DNA of 64,000 nucleotides from Gemmatimonadota bacterium (GCA_009841265.1 VXMB01000009.1:1725235-1789234), one strand, 5' to 3'; positions 8,225 through 17,593 are shown, counted from the stretch's first letter. Program-made: numbers and translations. Notes: a model not told the origin generated them from the letters alone.

Positions 8225-9751
8225 CTACTGGGCCATATCGTCCCGCAGGCCGTACTTATCGATCAGGTAGATCAACGTGGCGATGGACGCACCGCCCAGT
8301 TCCAGCTCCCGGCGGTTTACGGCTTCAAAGACGTCGGTGGGCGCGTGATGGTAGTCGAACGCCCGTTGCGAGTCGGGGTTGAACCCGATGGTCGGGGTAC
8401 CCGTCTCCCTGCGGAGCGGACCGATATCGGCGCCGCCGCCGCCCCTATTGATGTAGGAGATCGTGTTCTGGGGAAACAGGGGCAGCCACGACCGGAAGCG
8501 TTCAATGACGTCATCGTCCGCAGACACGCCGAATCCCCGGGGGCTGAATCCGCCCGCGTCGCTTTCGAGGGCGATCAGGTGATCCTCGCCCGTTTCCTTC
8601 GCCACCTCGGCGTACTTGAGACCGCCGCGGAGGCCGTTTTCCTCGTTCATGAACAGGACGGCCCGGATGGTGTGGCGGGGCCGGATGCCCAGCTTCTGGA
8701 AGGTCCGCAGCACGCCGATGGAATGGACCACGCCCGCGCCGTCGTCGTGGGCGCCTTCAGACACGTCCCACGAGTCGAGATGACCGCCCACCAGGATGAT
8801 CTCGTCCGGCCGTTCGCTGCCCCGGATCTCGCCGATCACGTTATGCGAAAGGGCGTCGGGGTGCCACTTGCTGTCCAGGCGCATGTAGAGCATGGCTTCG
8901 GGCTGCTCCTCGAGCGCCCGTTCCAGGCGGTCGGCGGACTGGTAGCCCAGGGCCGCCGCGGGGATGCGCTCCACGTCTTCGAGATAGCGCAGTCCGCCGG
9001 TGTGAGGCGCATCGCCGAAGTCCGAACCGGCCGACCGGATCACTACGCCCACGGCGCCGAACCTGGCCGCCTGGGACGGTCCGGCGGTCCGCTGGTCCAC
9101 CGCTCCGCCGTAGCCGGGGCCCGTGGCAATCACCGTCTGGTCGAAGCGCCGGTTGTAGAAGACGATCTTCCCTTCAACGGCCTCGCGGCCGAGTTCTTCC
9201 ACTTCTTCCAGGGAGTGGACTACCACGACGGGCGCCGTGAGCCCCACCGGAGCGGTCGGCACCGATCCCCCGATGGCCAGGGCGGTCAGCTCGATCATGC
9301 CTTCGTTGACGTTGACGATCCGCACCTGCTCCGGTTCGCCCCGTTCCCAGTGGGGCACCATGACTTCCTGCAGGTAGACCCGGTCGAATCCGTAGCCTTC
9401 CATCACCTCTTTTGCCCATACTACGGCGCGTTCGGCGCCTTCCGAACCGCTGAGGCGCGGTCCGATATTCTTGCTCAGGTCTTCCAGGAGGTAGTACATC
9501 TCTCCGGAAGTCAGCCGTTCGCTGAAGATCGCGGTGACCGTTTTTTCGTCATCGGTCTGCCCGCGGGCCTCGCCCGGTAAGGCCGTCGAAAGGGCCAGTG
9601 AAAGCGTCACCGAAACGGCCAGCGAGAAGGACAGGGTGAGCATTGGGACGCGCGTCCTGAAGCTGCGTGGGCCGACGCGGTGCGGGCTGAAGCTGCGTGG
9701 GCCGACGCGGTGCGCGAGACCTGGCAGTGATCCGGTAATAGCGGACAGCAT
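8225..9751 (-). CDS. M28-family Zn peptidase (carboxypeptidase Q-like, PA domain), exported
   Basis: GPRLSGS, GGHLDSWD, GAHDDGAG, NEENGLRG, ESDAG, YHHAPTD; ATG 9751 preferred over 9790. Confidence 0.88.
   Translation of the reverse strand: MLSAITGSLPGLAHRVGPRSFSPHRVGPRSFRTRVPMLTLSFSLAVSVTLSLALSTALPGEARGQTDDEKTVTAIFSERLTSGEMYYLLEDLSKNIGPRLSGSEGAERAVVWAKEVMEGYGFDRVYLQEVMVPHWERGEPEQVRIVNVNEGMIELTALAIGGSVPTAPVGLTAPVVVVHSLEEVEELGREAVEGKIVFYNRRFDQTVIATGPGYGGAVDQRTAGPSQAARFGAVGVVIRSAGSDFGDAPHTGGLRYLEDVERIPAAALGYQSADRLERALEEQPEAMLYMRLDSKWHPDALSHNVIGEIRGSERPDEIILVGGHLDSWDVSEGAHDDGAGVVHSIGVLRTFQKLGIRPRHTIRAVLFMNEENGLRGGLKYAEVAKETGEDHLIALESDAGGFSPRGFGVSADDDVIERFRSWLPLFPQNTISYINRGGGGADIGPLRRETGTPTIGFNPDSQRAFDYHHAPTDVFEAVNRRELELGGASIATLIYLIDKYGLRDDMAQ
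9657..9714. repeat. Two-copy 30-bp-period repeat in M28 N-terminal extension
   Basis: ctgaagctgcgtgggccgacgcggtgcg at 9657 and 9687 (HRVGPRSF x2). Confidence 0.85.
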
Positions 9752-9865
9752 GTAGACCTCCGTGTTGATATGGAAAGGGACCGCCCCCACCCATGGCCGG
9801 GCGGCCTTGCTTGATTTAAATTGTTTGATACGAACTGATTGATTCGAAGCGTTCAGTGCAGACGA

Positions 9866-10381
9866 CTACCGCGTCAGTTCCCAGCCCAGGTGGGCAATCT
9901 CCGGCGCGATCAGTTTCTCCCAGGCCAGTTCCACCGCGGCCGGGGAGCCGGGCGTGGAGATGACCACCGTGTTGCGGTACACGCCAGCGGTGGCGCGGGA
10001 CAACATGGATGCGGCACCGACCTGTTCGTAGCTGAGCATGCGAAAAAGCTCGCCGAAACCGGTCAGCGGCTTTTCCAATTTACGGTGCAGCACGTCGAAG
10101 GTCCGGTCTCTCTTCGAGATGCCGGTGCCCCCGTTGAAAATGACGATCTGGACGTCATCGCCGGTACTCGCCTCCAGGGCGGCTTCGACCTGGTCTGGTT
10201 CATCCTGGATCAGGTGATAGCCGGCGACCCGGTGGCCCGCTTCCTCAATGCGTGTCCGGAGGTAATTCCCGTTGATGTCCGTTTCCGGCGTGCGGGAATC
10301 GCTGACGGTTACCACGGCAACGGCCAGGGGTCCGAGCTCGGCCGCCTGGGACTTGTGGGATGAAGTGCTCTTGGACGACAT
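9866..10381 (-). CDS. moaB: MogA/MoaB molybdenum cofactor biosynthesis protein
   Basis: [40 protein letters not shown]. Confidence 0.9.
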   Translation of the reverse strand: MSSKSTSSHKSQAAELGPLAVAVVTVSDSRTPETDINGNYLRTRIEEAGHRVAGYHLIQDEPDQVEAALEASTGDDVQIVIFNGGTGISKRDRTFDVLHRKLEKPLTGFGELFRMLSYEQVGAASMLSRATAGVYRNTVVISTPGSPAAVELAWEKLIAPEIAHLGWELTR

Positions 10382-10392
10382 GAGGCCGGATG

Positions 10393-10632
10393 CTACAGCA
10401 CGTCCTGCAGCCGCAGTCCCTGCTTCTTCAGGAAGGGCATCAGTCCAATCTTCGTGACCGTCCGCAAGGCGCTGACGGACATCTTGATGCGCACCGTGCG
10501 GCCGAGTTCGGGCACGTAGATACGCTTCAACTGAAGATTGGGATATTGACGCCGCTTGGTCTTGTTATGAGCGTGGGATATGTTGAAGCCGACCAGGGGC
10601 CCTTTTCCGGTCAACTTGCATTTTCTGGACAT
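10393..10632 (-). CDS. rpmB: 50S ribosomal protein L28 (no CxxC pairs)
   Basis: [27 protein letters not shown]. Confidence 0.95.
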   Translation of the reverse strand: MSRKCKLTGKGPLVGFNISHAHNKTKRRQYPNLQLKRIYVPELGRTVRIKMSVSALRTVTKIGLMPFLKKQGLRLQDVL

Positions 10633-10655
10633 GAGGTCAGCCTCCAGGAACGACT

Positions 10656-10817
10656 TTACCGCGTTTCCCGGTACATGACGTGCCGCCGCAGCGTGGGATC
10701 GTACTTCTTGAGTTCGACGCGGGCGGTCGTATTACGCCGGTTCTTCTTCGTGTAGTAGCAGTGCGCGCTTTCCGTGCTCTTGAGTTTCACCAGTTCACGG
10801 TTCTTGCTCTTGGCCAT
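10656..10817 (-). CDS. rpmG: 50S ribosomal protein L33 (no CxxC pairs)
   Basis: Not in ORF track; manual translation [53 protein letters not shown]; SD AGGAG. Confidence 0.95.
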   Translation of the reverse strand: MAKSKNRELVKLKSTESAHCYYTKKNRRNTTARVELKKYDPTLRRHVMYRETR

Positions 10818-10875
10818 GCTGTACTCCTAAAGCGAGCCCATCTTTTAAATGCCGGTTCTACCAATCAGGCGTTCA

Positions 10876-10904
10876 AATTTAAGGGGCGCGTCCGCCGAAA
10901 TCAA
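10876..10904 (-). promoter_or_regulatory. Putative sigma70 promoter of rpmG-rpmB
   Basis: TTGATT-17 bp-TAAATT on minus strand. Confidence 0.5.
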
Positions 10905-10982
10905 GGAAATAAAACAAGACCGGCCATGCTTTGGTCGTTCGTGATGGCTGGTGCGGTTCGTCCGTGATGGCTGGCTGCCGGT

Positions 10983-11342
10983 CTACGCCTCGTCCATGGC
11001 GCAGGCTTGCAGCTCTTCCAGCGACACGAATTCCAGGGACATGGCGTGGGTGGCGCTCAGCACCACAGGCGGCGCCACGCCCGCATCGTAGGCTTCTTTC
11101 CACCGGTTCACGCAGACGCACCAGCGGTCGCCGGGTTTCAGGCCCTGGAAGCCGAAGGCGGGCACGGGCGTGCTGAGGTCGTTTCCCGCCTCCTTCGAAA
11201 AGACCAGAAACTCCTCGGTCATCACCGCGCACACGGTGTGAACGCCCGCGTCGCCCGATCCGGTGTTGCACGCGCCGTCGCGGTAGAATCCGGTCAGGGG
11301 ATCCATCGAACAGCCTGTGAGTGGTCCGCCGAGTACGTTCAT
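10983..11342 (-). CDS. DUF2237 family protein
   Basis: NVLGGPLTGCSMDPLTGFYRDGAC, HTVCAVMT, LKPGDRWCVC; alternative TTG start at 11381 overlaps the DUF5916 stop. Confidence 0.9.
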   Translation of the reverse strand: MNVLGGPLTGCSMDPLTGFYRDGACNTGSGDAGVHTVCAVMTEEFLVFSKEAGNDLSTPVPAFGFQGLKPGDRWCVCVNRWKEAYDAGVAPPVVLSATHAMSLEFVSLEELQACAMDEA

Positions 11343-11377
11343 GAGAAAATCGCGAGCCGTCCCGCCGAAAGGATTGA

Positions 11378-13657
11378 TCAAAGATCGAACAGGTAGGCCG
11401 GCTTGACGATCAAGGTACGATCCAGCGGGTCGCCGAGCAGGGCTTCCGTGGCGTCCCCGTTGTCGCGCCGCTCGTTGTACACGACGTAGACGTTGCTGCC
11501 CGGACTGATGATGTAGTTGAACCGGAAATTCGACACGAACCGGTCCTGGTTCGTATCCCACTGTACCAGCGCGTTGAGGGACACATCGGGCGAGAAGGAA
11601 TAGCTGGTCCGGACGCCGAACAGATGGGCCGTGACGTCCCGCTCCCTGTTTCCGTTATCGGTGAGCGTCACGTCGTTGAGCTCGTACCGAGGACCGATGG
11701 TGAATTTCGAACCGGCGCGCAGTCCGCCCTCGAGATTCAGCGAACGCCGGTTCCCATTGATGTACTGGCCGAGGATGAGCTGGAAATCGCCGAATACGGG
11801 CTTGCTCAGGTTCGTCGTGTAATGCATGCGCGAAGACGCGTCCGTGTAGTTTCCCGCGGGGAGCTTGATGCCCAGAATCGGGCGGGTGCTTTCACTGATC
11901 CTGCGGTAGGCGCGGTCCAAAGTGATCCCGGCCTGCTCGCCGCCGGTGAAGAACAGCTCCCAGTGGTAGTGCTCCCGCCGGGTCAGCTGCGTGCCGTCGT
12001 CGCCGAATGTGGCGGACAGCACGATATGGGGGAAGTACCGGCGGACGATGCTGTGGGTGGGTTCGGGCGTGAAGAACGCACGAGCCGAGACCTCGTGGAA
12101 TCCGCCGAAATTACGGGCCAGGCTCCGGCGGCTGAAGAAGCCCATGCCGGGATTGAAGAACTCGGACACGCCCATGTACAGGCCCTCGAACTGCCAGAGT
12201 GGACCGTTCCAGCGCGACCACAGCCGTCCCGCGAAGCCCGATTCGCTTTCCTCGCCTGCCTGGTAAGTGGTTCCGGCCAGGAACCCGCTGACGGCCAGCT
12301 TGGGACCGATGGCCAGGTTCAAGTCGCCGCCGACCGCCCGGTTGTAGTCGCCGCCGCCGACCCGCTGGTTAGTGACGATGAAACCCACGTTGGATTTCTC
12401 ACCCACGTCCTGGCTGATCCGCGCCACGGCGTAGATGTTGTCCTCGAGCTTGGTTTCGCCGAACCGCTCGTCGCCCGTGCGCATGAGCAGCAGGCCCAGG
12501 TTCGTGCGTCCGGCCTTGCCCGTCAGGCGGCCGCCGCCGGTGATCGGCACCTGCCTCAGCGCGCCGGTATTATCGCGCGCCAGGCCGACGTTGCGGCTGT
12601 AGAAGAGTTCCGTCTCCCGGGCCACGCCGAAGCGGAACAGTCCGCCGTTCTCCAGGAAGAAGGCACGTTTTTCGGGGAAGAACAGGTTGAACTGCGTAAG
12701 GTTGACCTGCGCGTCGTCCACTTCCACCTGGGAGAAGTCCGTGTTGTAGGTCAGGTCGAGGGACAGGTTGTTGGTCAGGCCGTACTTCACGTCCACCCCG
12801 CCGTCGAAGTCTTCGTCCCGCGTCGAAGGGCCGGGCTCGTAGGTCCACGTGGCCCCGCCCAGGGAGTACGGCGTAACCTGCAGGTAACGGTGGTCGTGCC
12901 GCGTGAGGTTCATGCCCGACAGCGTGCCGGCCACCGACACCTGGGAGATGTTAAAGGGACGGATGACGGGCGCCCAGAAGGACTGTTCGTTGCGGCGGCG
13001 GATCTGGCGCTCCAGGTTGATCCCGAAATCGACGTCGTCCCCGGTCTCGAAGCGCAGCGTGCTCCAGGGAATGGCCATCTCGGCGTACCACCCCTCTTCG
13101 TTCCGGGAGGTGTATACGTCCCACACGCCGTTCCAGTCCGTCAGGATGTTGGTATTGAAGCGGCCTTCCGAACGGCCCTCGTTGCGCACCTGGGCGTCAT
13201 AGCGGGCGCCGTCCGGGTTGGTGGCGAAGAGAATGCCGTTCTGCCGGTCCATGAACGTGTCCAGGATGATCTGGAAGTAGTCGTCGTCCGCCAGGTCGCC
13301 GTCCCGCGCCATCTGGGTGGCAATGATCTGGGAGGGGTCCGAGTCGTAGGCCCAGACGCCGATGTACATCGTCTGCTCATCGTAGAGGACCCGCACCTCG
13401 GTCCGCTCGGACGCCGGCTGGCCTTCGTCGGGGCGTTGCTGGGTGAAGCCGCTGGCGGCCAGAGCGTTCTGCCAAATATCCTCGTCCAGGACGCCGTCCA
13501 TGTGCAACGCTTCCAGAATGCGCAGCGGGACGATCTCCCGCCCCTGTGCCGACACGGAGCCAGCGGTCAGCATGGTCTGCATAGCCAGAAGGGCGGCCAG
13601 CAGGACAGCGAAGCAGAAGGGGGGCAATGTGTGCGGGGATGTACAAACACGGTACAT
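11378..13657 (-). CDS. DUF5916-type protein (CBM9-like N-domain + outer-membrane beta-barrel)
   Basis: DGVLDE, WYAEMAIPW, LDLTYNTDFSQVEVD, FFPEKRAFFLE, FYSR; ends in aromatic C-terminus. Confidence 0.8.
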   Translation of the reverse strand: MYRVCTSPHTLPPFCFAVLLAALLAMQTMLTAGSVSAQGREIVPLRILEALHMDGVLDEDIWQNALAASGFTQQRPDEGQPASERTEVRVLYDEQTMYIGVWAYDSDPSQIIATQMARDGDLADDDYFQIILDTFMDRQNGILFATNPDGARYDAQVRNEGRSEGRFNTNILTDWNGVWDVYTSRNEEGWYAEMAIPWSTLRFETGDDVDFGINLERQIRRRNEQSFWAPVIRPFNISQVSVAGTLSGMNLTRHDHRYLQVTPYSLGGATWTYEPGPSTRDEDFDGGVDVKYGLTNNLSLDLTYNTDFSQVEVDDAQVNLTQFNLFFPEKRAFFLENGGLFRFGVARETELFYSRNVGLARDNTGALRQVPITGGGRLTGKAGRTNLGLLLMRTGDERFGETKLEDNIYAVARISQDVGEKSNVGFIVTNQRVGGGDYNRAVGGDLNLAIGPKLAVSGFLAGTTYQAGEESESGFAGRLWSRWNGPLWQFEGLYMGVSEFFNPGMGFFSRRSLARNFGGFHEVSARAFFTPEPTHSIVRRYFPHIVLSATFGDDGTQLTRREHYHWELFFTGGEQAGITLDRAYRRISESTRPILGIKLPAGNYTDASSRMHYTTNLSKPVFGDFQLILGQYINGNRRSLNLEGGLRAGSKFTIGPRYELNDVTLTDNGNRERDVTAHLFGVRTSYSFSPDVSLNALVQWDTNQDRFVSNFRFNYIISPGSNVYVVYNERRDNGDATEALLGDPLDRTLIVKPAYLFDL

Positions 13658-13661
13658 CTTG

Positions 13662-16010
13662 CTATTCCTCCATGGGTTGCCCGAACGGCACGGACAGGCT
13701 GACTGTAATGTTCCGACCTGGATCGTCGGTAAAATAGCGGAACCGGCTCAGGTAGTCCCGGTAGCGCTTGTTGAACAGATTGTGTACGCCGAACTGCATG
13801 CGGACGGGCTGGTCGGCCACGGCCAGCTCCGCGTGAAGCGACACGTCGAAGAGGTTGTAGCCGGCTGGCGGATCCGCAAAGTCGATGCCTTCGGGATAAT
13901 CCTCCTGCCGCAGGACGAAGCGGCCTTCAAAACCAATCCCGGCTTCCAGCAGGCGCCCGGCGGTGGGCAGCCGGAACTCCAGGCCGGTGATCAACCGGGT
14001 GGGCGGCATCTGGTACAGGGGTTGGTTATCCACTGTGTTTCGTCCACGGACGATCGAGGCGGAAATGTAGGTACCCACGTACCGTGTCAGTTCGTACTCC
14101 AGGTATCCGTCCAATCCCTGGATCACCGCGTCCGACTGGACATAGGTAAATTTGGGGAACGCACCCCGAATTGTCAACACAAGATCGCCCGCCGGCAGCA
14201 GCGAGATGAAGTTCCGGTAACTCGATCTGAAGAACCCCAGTTCGCCGTGGCCCCGGTCCCCCCTGTACCTCAGGGTGAGATCCGTGTTCACGCTCGATTC
14301 CGTGTCCAGTTCCTTGTCTCCGATCTCGAACTGCGCCGTACCGTGATGAACGCCATAGCTGTACAACTCGTTCACCCCGGGTGGACGCCAGGCCCTCCCG
14401 ATGTTGGCGGCGACGGCCAGGGCCGGGGTCAACTCGCGGATCAGGCCGACAACCCCGGTCACGTTGCGGTAGGTGAAGATCCCTCCCTCGACAATCTCGG
14501 TGGCGCGCCGGCCTTCGTTCGAGTAGACCTCCGCCCAGCGGTAGTCGTACCGCAGGCCTGTTTCTACCGTAGTCTTTCCCTTCGTCCAGGATTCCAGGGC
14601 GAATACGCCGGAACTGTAGGCCTGGAAGTCGGGAATGAGGAATCCCGTGCTGAACCGCTCGTTCCGCTGACGCATGCCGCTGGCGCCGATCTTTCCGTAC
14701 CAGTTACCGAAGTTCCGGTGGTGGAAGATCACTTCGCCGCTGTGGGTCTGCAATCCAAGATCGAACCCGGGGCGTGTGGGTGCGGCGCCGCTCCGGGTGG
14801 CGTCCCACTCCTCGCGCCGGTTGTATTGCTGTCCGTACCGCAGTTCGAGATTGCCCATCCCCTCGAAACGTACCAGGGATCGAACGGACAAGAGATCGTG
14901 GTCCACCCGTTGGCGCGGATTGCCGATATCGTAGGTAAATTCGCCCGTGAACAGTGGGTCGCCCCGCTCGATGGCCCGTTTCAGGTCCGTGGTGTTACCG
15001 ATGTGCGCGCCTTTGTAGATCCCCAGCCAGGTTCCGAAATGACTGAAATATGCCTCCGTGTCCATCCGGTCGGTCGTATAACCCAGTGCCACGGAGTAAT
15101 TGCGTTCGTCGAATCCGGAATTGCGTATGACGTGCTTCGGCGCCCGGGCGTCGCCCGCCCGGCGAAGACTCCCCTGCACCCGCCACTTGAGTCCGGGCAG
15201 GCGGTGAAGCGCTCCCTGCAGGAGGAGGGAAGCCGCCCCCTGCTTGTTGTTGGAAAAGAGATTCGTGTTGAGCCGGCCACCCACCCCTGGTTCCACGGGC
15301 AGCTCCGGCGGTTCGACGCGGATGACGCCGCCGATGGCGCCGACGCCGTACTGCACGCCGGCGGCGCCCTTGAGCACCTCGATGCGGGCCGGGGAAAAAG
15401 GATCGATCTCCGGGGCGTGGTCTCCGCCCCACTGCTGTCCTTCCTGGGTAACACCGGCGTTGAGTACCAGCACCCGGGCGCTATGCACTCCGCGCACCAC
15501 GGGCTTCGAGATGGCGGGGCCCGTGGTCAGGGTGGATACGCCCGGCAGGGACTCCAGCGTCTCACCCAGCGTCTGGCCCCGGCGTTCTTCCAGTGCGGAC
15601 AGGGGCAGGACGAGAACGGACTGGCTGGATCCGGTGAGTTCGCCCGCAAGGTCCCGGTCGCCCGTGACGGTGACCTCATCACCCATCAGGATCTCCGGCT
15701 CCATGCTGACTTCGAGCACGGGAGACCTGTTTTCGGTAACGTGTATCTCGCTTTGGACCGTCCGGTAGCCGATAAACCGGAATTCGATCGTGTGGCGGCC
15801 CTGTGGTACGTTTTCGAGACGGAATACGCCTTCTTCGTCTGTAAATGTACCGATTTCGAGCACGGGCAAAACTACGGTCACCGCCGGCAACGGTTCGCCG
15901 CGCTCACTGAGCACCTTGCCGCTCACTGTGGCGGCCCGTGCCGCTGCCGGAAGTACAAGGAAGAACACGGCGATCGCCAGGATGGCGCACCGTACATTCG
16001 TTGCTTTCAT
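13662..16010 (-). CDS. TonB-dependent receptor, cassette copy 1 (likely metal uptake)
   Basis: Signal peptide, CarboxypepD-like domain, plug (QQWGGDHAPEID, IEVLKG), NLFNKRYRDYLSRFRYF C-terminus; ATG 16010 aligns with copy 2. Confidence 0.92.
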   Translation of the reverse strand: MKATNVRCAILAIAVFFLVLPAAARAATVSGKVLSERGEPLPAVTVVLPVLEIGTFTDEEGVFRLENVPQGRHTIEFRFIGYRTVQSEIHVTENRSPVLEVSMEPEILMGDEVTVTGDRDLAGELTGSSQSVLVLPLSALEERRGQTLGETLESLPGVSTLTTGPAISKPVVRGVHSARVLVLNAGVTQEGQQWGGDHAPEIDPFSPARIEVLKGAAGVQYGVGAIGGVIRVEPPELPVEPGVGGRLNTNLFSNNKQGAASLLLQGALHRLPGLKWRVQGSLRRAGDARAPKHVIRNSGFDERNYSVALGYTTDRMDTEAYFSHFGTWLGIYKGAHIGNTTDLKRAIERGDPLFTGEFTYDIGNPRQRVDHDLLSVRSLVRFEGMGNLELRYGQQYNRREEWDATRSGAAPTRPGFDLGLQTHSGEVIFHHRNFGNWYGKIGASGMRQRNERFSTGFLIPDFQAYSSGVFALESWTKGKTTVETGLRYDYRWAEVYSNEGRRATEIVEGGIFTYRNVTGVVGLIRELTPALAVAANIGRAWRPPGVNELYSYGVHHGTAQFEIGDKELDTESSVNTDLTLRYRGDRGHGELGFFRSSYRNFISLLPAGDLVLTIRGAFPKFTYVQSDAVIQGLDGYLEYELTRYVGTYISASIVRGRNTVDNQPLYQMPPTRLITGLEFRLPTAGRLLEAGIGFEGRFVLRQEDYPEGIDFADPPAGYNLFDVSLHAELAVADQPVRMQFGVHNLFNKRYRDYLSRFRYFTDDPGRNITVSLSVPFGQPMEE

Positions 16011-16050
16011 CAGGAAATACTCCAAGCTCGCATTGACGGGAAAAGGCCGC

Positions 16051-16088
16051 GGCCGTGTCCGGGCTGCGAATTGGACACGGCCGTGTCC
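16051..16088 (-). promoter_or_regulatory. 10-bp stem hairpin between lipoprotein and TBDR copy 1
   Basis: ggccgtgtcc (16051-60) pairs with ggacacggcc (16073-82); followed on minus strand by gcggcc-tttt. Confidence 0.45.
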
Positions 16089-16091
16089 GTA

Positions 16092-16751
16092 CTATGACCG
16101 CACTTCCACTTCGAAGGTCACTTCGATATCCGTCTCATCACTCGGCGTCACGCCGTCCTTGGGTCCGGCATCGTAATGACTCTGAGAGACCCGGAACTGA
16201 CCGTTCCGTGCGTTAGACGGGACCGTAAGCGTGAATTTGAGTCCGACGGGATGATCAGCGCCCGTGTTCGTCACGTAGTCGGATTCCTTGTCCGCGTAGG
16301 CGACGGTGGCCGGTGCAAATCCCCCGAGGGTTTCAAAGAACAGCTGGTGGACTTCGGCTTCCTCCCTGATCTCTTCGGTGATATCCTCCGGCGGGCTTTC
16401 CAACTCGTTCAACTCCTGTATCATGCCGTCGTAAACTGTACCCGCGTCCACGACGATTCTGTCCACGACCGGTGCGTTGCCGCCTTCACCGTCGAGGTCC
16501 TGGAACTGCACGGTGAGCGGAGATCCCCCGCCCTGGGGCGTAAGCGTGATCTTGAGCGTCGTGATGAGCTCTACTTCACCCGGTCCGTGGCCATGATCGT
16601 CGTCGTGATCGTCGTGGTCATCGTCATGTGCGTCCGGCTCGTCCGGACCCATTGGATTGGAGTCATTGTCGTCTGCGCAGGAAAACGTCAGCGCGGCAGC
16701 CAACATCGCGGCGGTCATTACGGACAGTAAGTTCCATCGGAATTTCAACAT
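16092..16751 (-). CDS. His/Asp-rich lipoprotein, cassette copy 1
   Basis: Lipobox LTFS-C, acidic ADDND, HDDDHDDDHDDDHGHG tract, conserved ELITTL...DLDGEGGN...EAEVHQLFF core. Confidence 0.85.
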   Translation of the reverse strand: MLKFRWNLLSVMTAAMLAAALTFSCADDNDSNPMGPDEPDAHDDDHDDHDDDHGHGPGEVELITTLKITLTPQGGGSPLTVQFQDLDGEGGNAPVVDRIVVDAGTVYDGMIQELNELESPPEDITEEIREEAEVHQLFFETLGGFAPATVAYADKESDYVTNTGADHPVGLKFTLTVPSNARNGQFRVSQSHYDAGPKDGVTPSDETDIEVTFEVEVRS

Positions 16752-17040
16752 TTTCGGCTTCTCTTCCTTTGCTGAGTTGCGTCAAGTACGTGAGCTGCTT
16801 CTTCGATCGTAAACTGATCCTTCAGTGCCTGGAACTCGGCATCTCGATGTTCCAATCTCTCGACTTCGATAAAAGGCCCCTACGGCCATCGTGCGCGTGC
16901 ATCGACCCGGCTGATCCCGGTGCTGCTCGCACGGCGAAGCGCGTGAGCAGGTTCCGCGATCGGCGGATCTGCGCCGGTCCAGATTACCCGCACCGAGACT
17001 GCAGGTTCCGTTACGGACATCGGTGCTGACCGATGCGAGT

Positions 17041-17132
17041 GAACGGCCCGAACGGTCTGAACGGTCTGGACGGACCGAACGGTCTGAACGGTCTGGACGG
17101 TCTGGACGGTCTGGAAGACCTGGAGGTCTGGA
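17041..17132. repeat. Tandem array of nine 9-bp units (G(A/G)ACGGTCT consensus) in cassette-1 leader
   Basis: gaacggccc gaacggtct gaacggtct ggacggacc gaacggtct gaacggtct ggacggtct ggacggtct ggaagacct. Confidence 0.9.
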
Positions 17133-17216
17133 TTTACAAGCCAGCGATGTCCGGCATGGGTCAAGGTCCGCGCCTGATGGATTCAGGCGTTCGTCCGGAG
17201 CATCCGGGCTAGCAGG

Positions 17217-17486
17217 TCAGGGAAGGGGCGGTGCGCGGTTTCTGTGCTGCTTAACCTGAATTCGAGGGTGACCGGGCTGCGATACACCGGCCGCAAAGCC
17301 GACGATATCGTAGTCCGGGAGGGTAGGAGATGCATGCTCAAGCACCGCGGTGAACGCGGCGGCGCCAAGGCAGAACTGGCAGTGTTCCACATGCCCGGCT
17401 TCGGTCTCCAGCTCATCGCAGTCGTGCGGGGGATGCGCAAAATACACGGCAAACGCGACGGCGAAGGATAGCGTGAGGAGTTTCAT
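17217..17486 (-). CDS. DUF2946-like leader ORF with HCxxC and C-terminal RAPP, copy 1
   Basis: 89 aa; hydrophobic N-terminus, HCQFC (35-39), NRAPPLP end; conserved paralog at 20988. Confidence 0.85.
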   Translation of the reverse strand: MKLLTLSFAVAFAVYFAHPPHDCDELETEAGHVEHCQFCLGAAAFTAVLEHASPTLPDYDIVGFAAGVSQPGHPRIQVKQHRNRAPPLP

Positions 17487-17558
17487 GGGAGACCCGACAC
17501 CAAGTGGCTTGATCTATCAAAGAAATGGAACTGTTTCAACGAAATACCAGTCGCGCGA

Positions 17559-17586
17559 ATTAAAACGGTGAGCGCTGGCTTGTCAA
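17559..17586 (-). promoter_or_regulatory. Putative promoter of cassette 1
   Basis: Perfect TTGACA (17586-17581) followed by TTTAAT/TTAATT at 16-17 bp. Confidence 0.4.
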
Positions 17587-17593
17587 TCGGTTT

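Noticed and set aside
11624-16097. Long plus-strand ORFs 11624-13702 and 13443-16097
   Set aside because: Antisense shadows of DUF5916 and TBDR1, expected in high-GC DNA; no motifs.
16745-16855. 36-codon TTG ORF (LEHRDAEFQALKDQF...) ending over the lipoprotein-1 start
   Set aside because: Protein-like composition but weak start and no equivalent in cassette 2; cannot support.
16880-17164. 94-aa ORF containing VQT repeats in cassette-1 leader
   Set aside because: Merely translates the 9-bp array; no counterpart in cassette 2; no clear SD.
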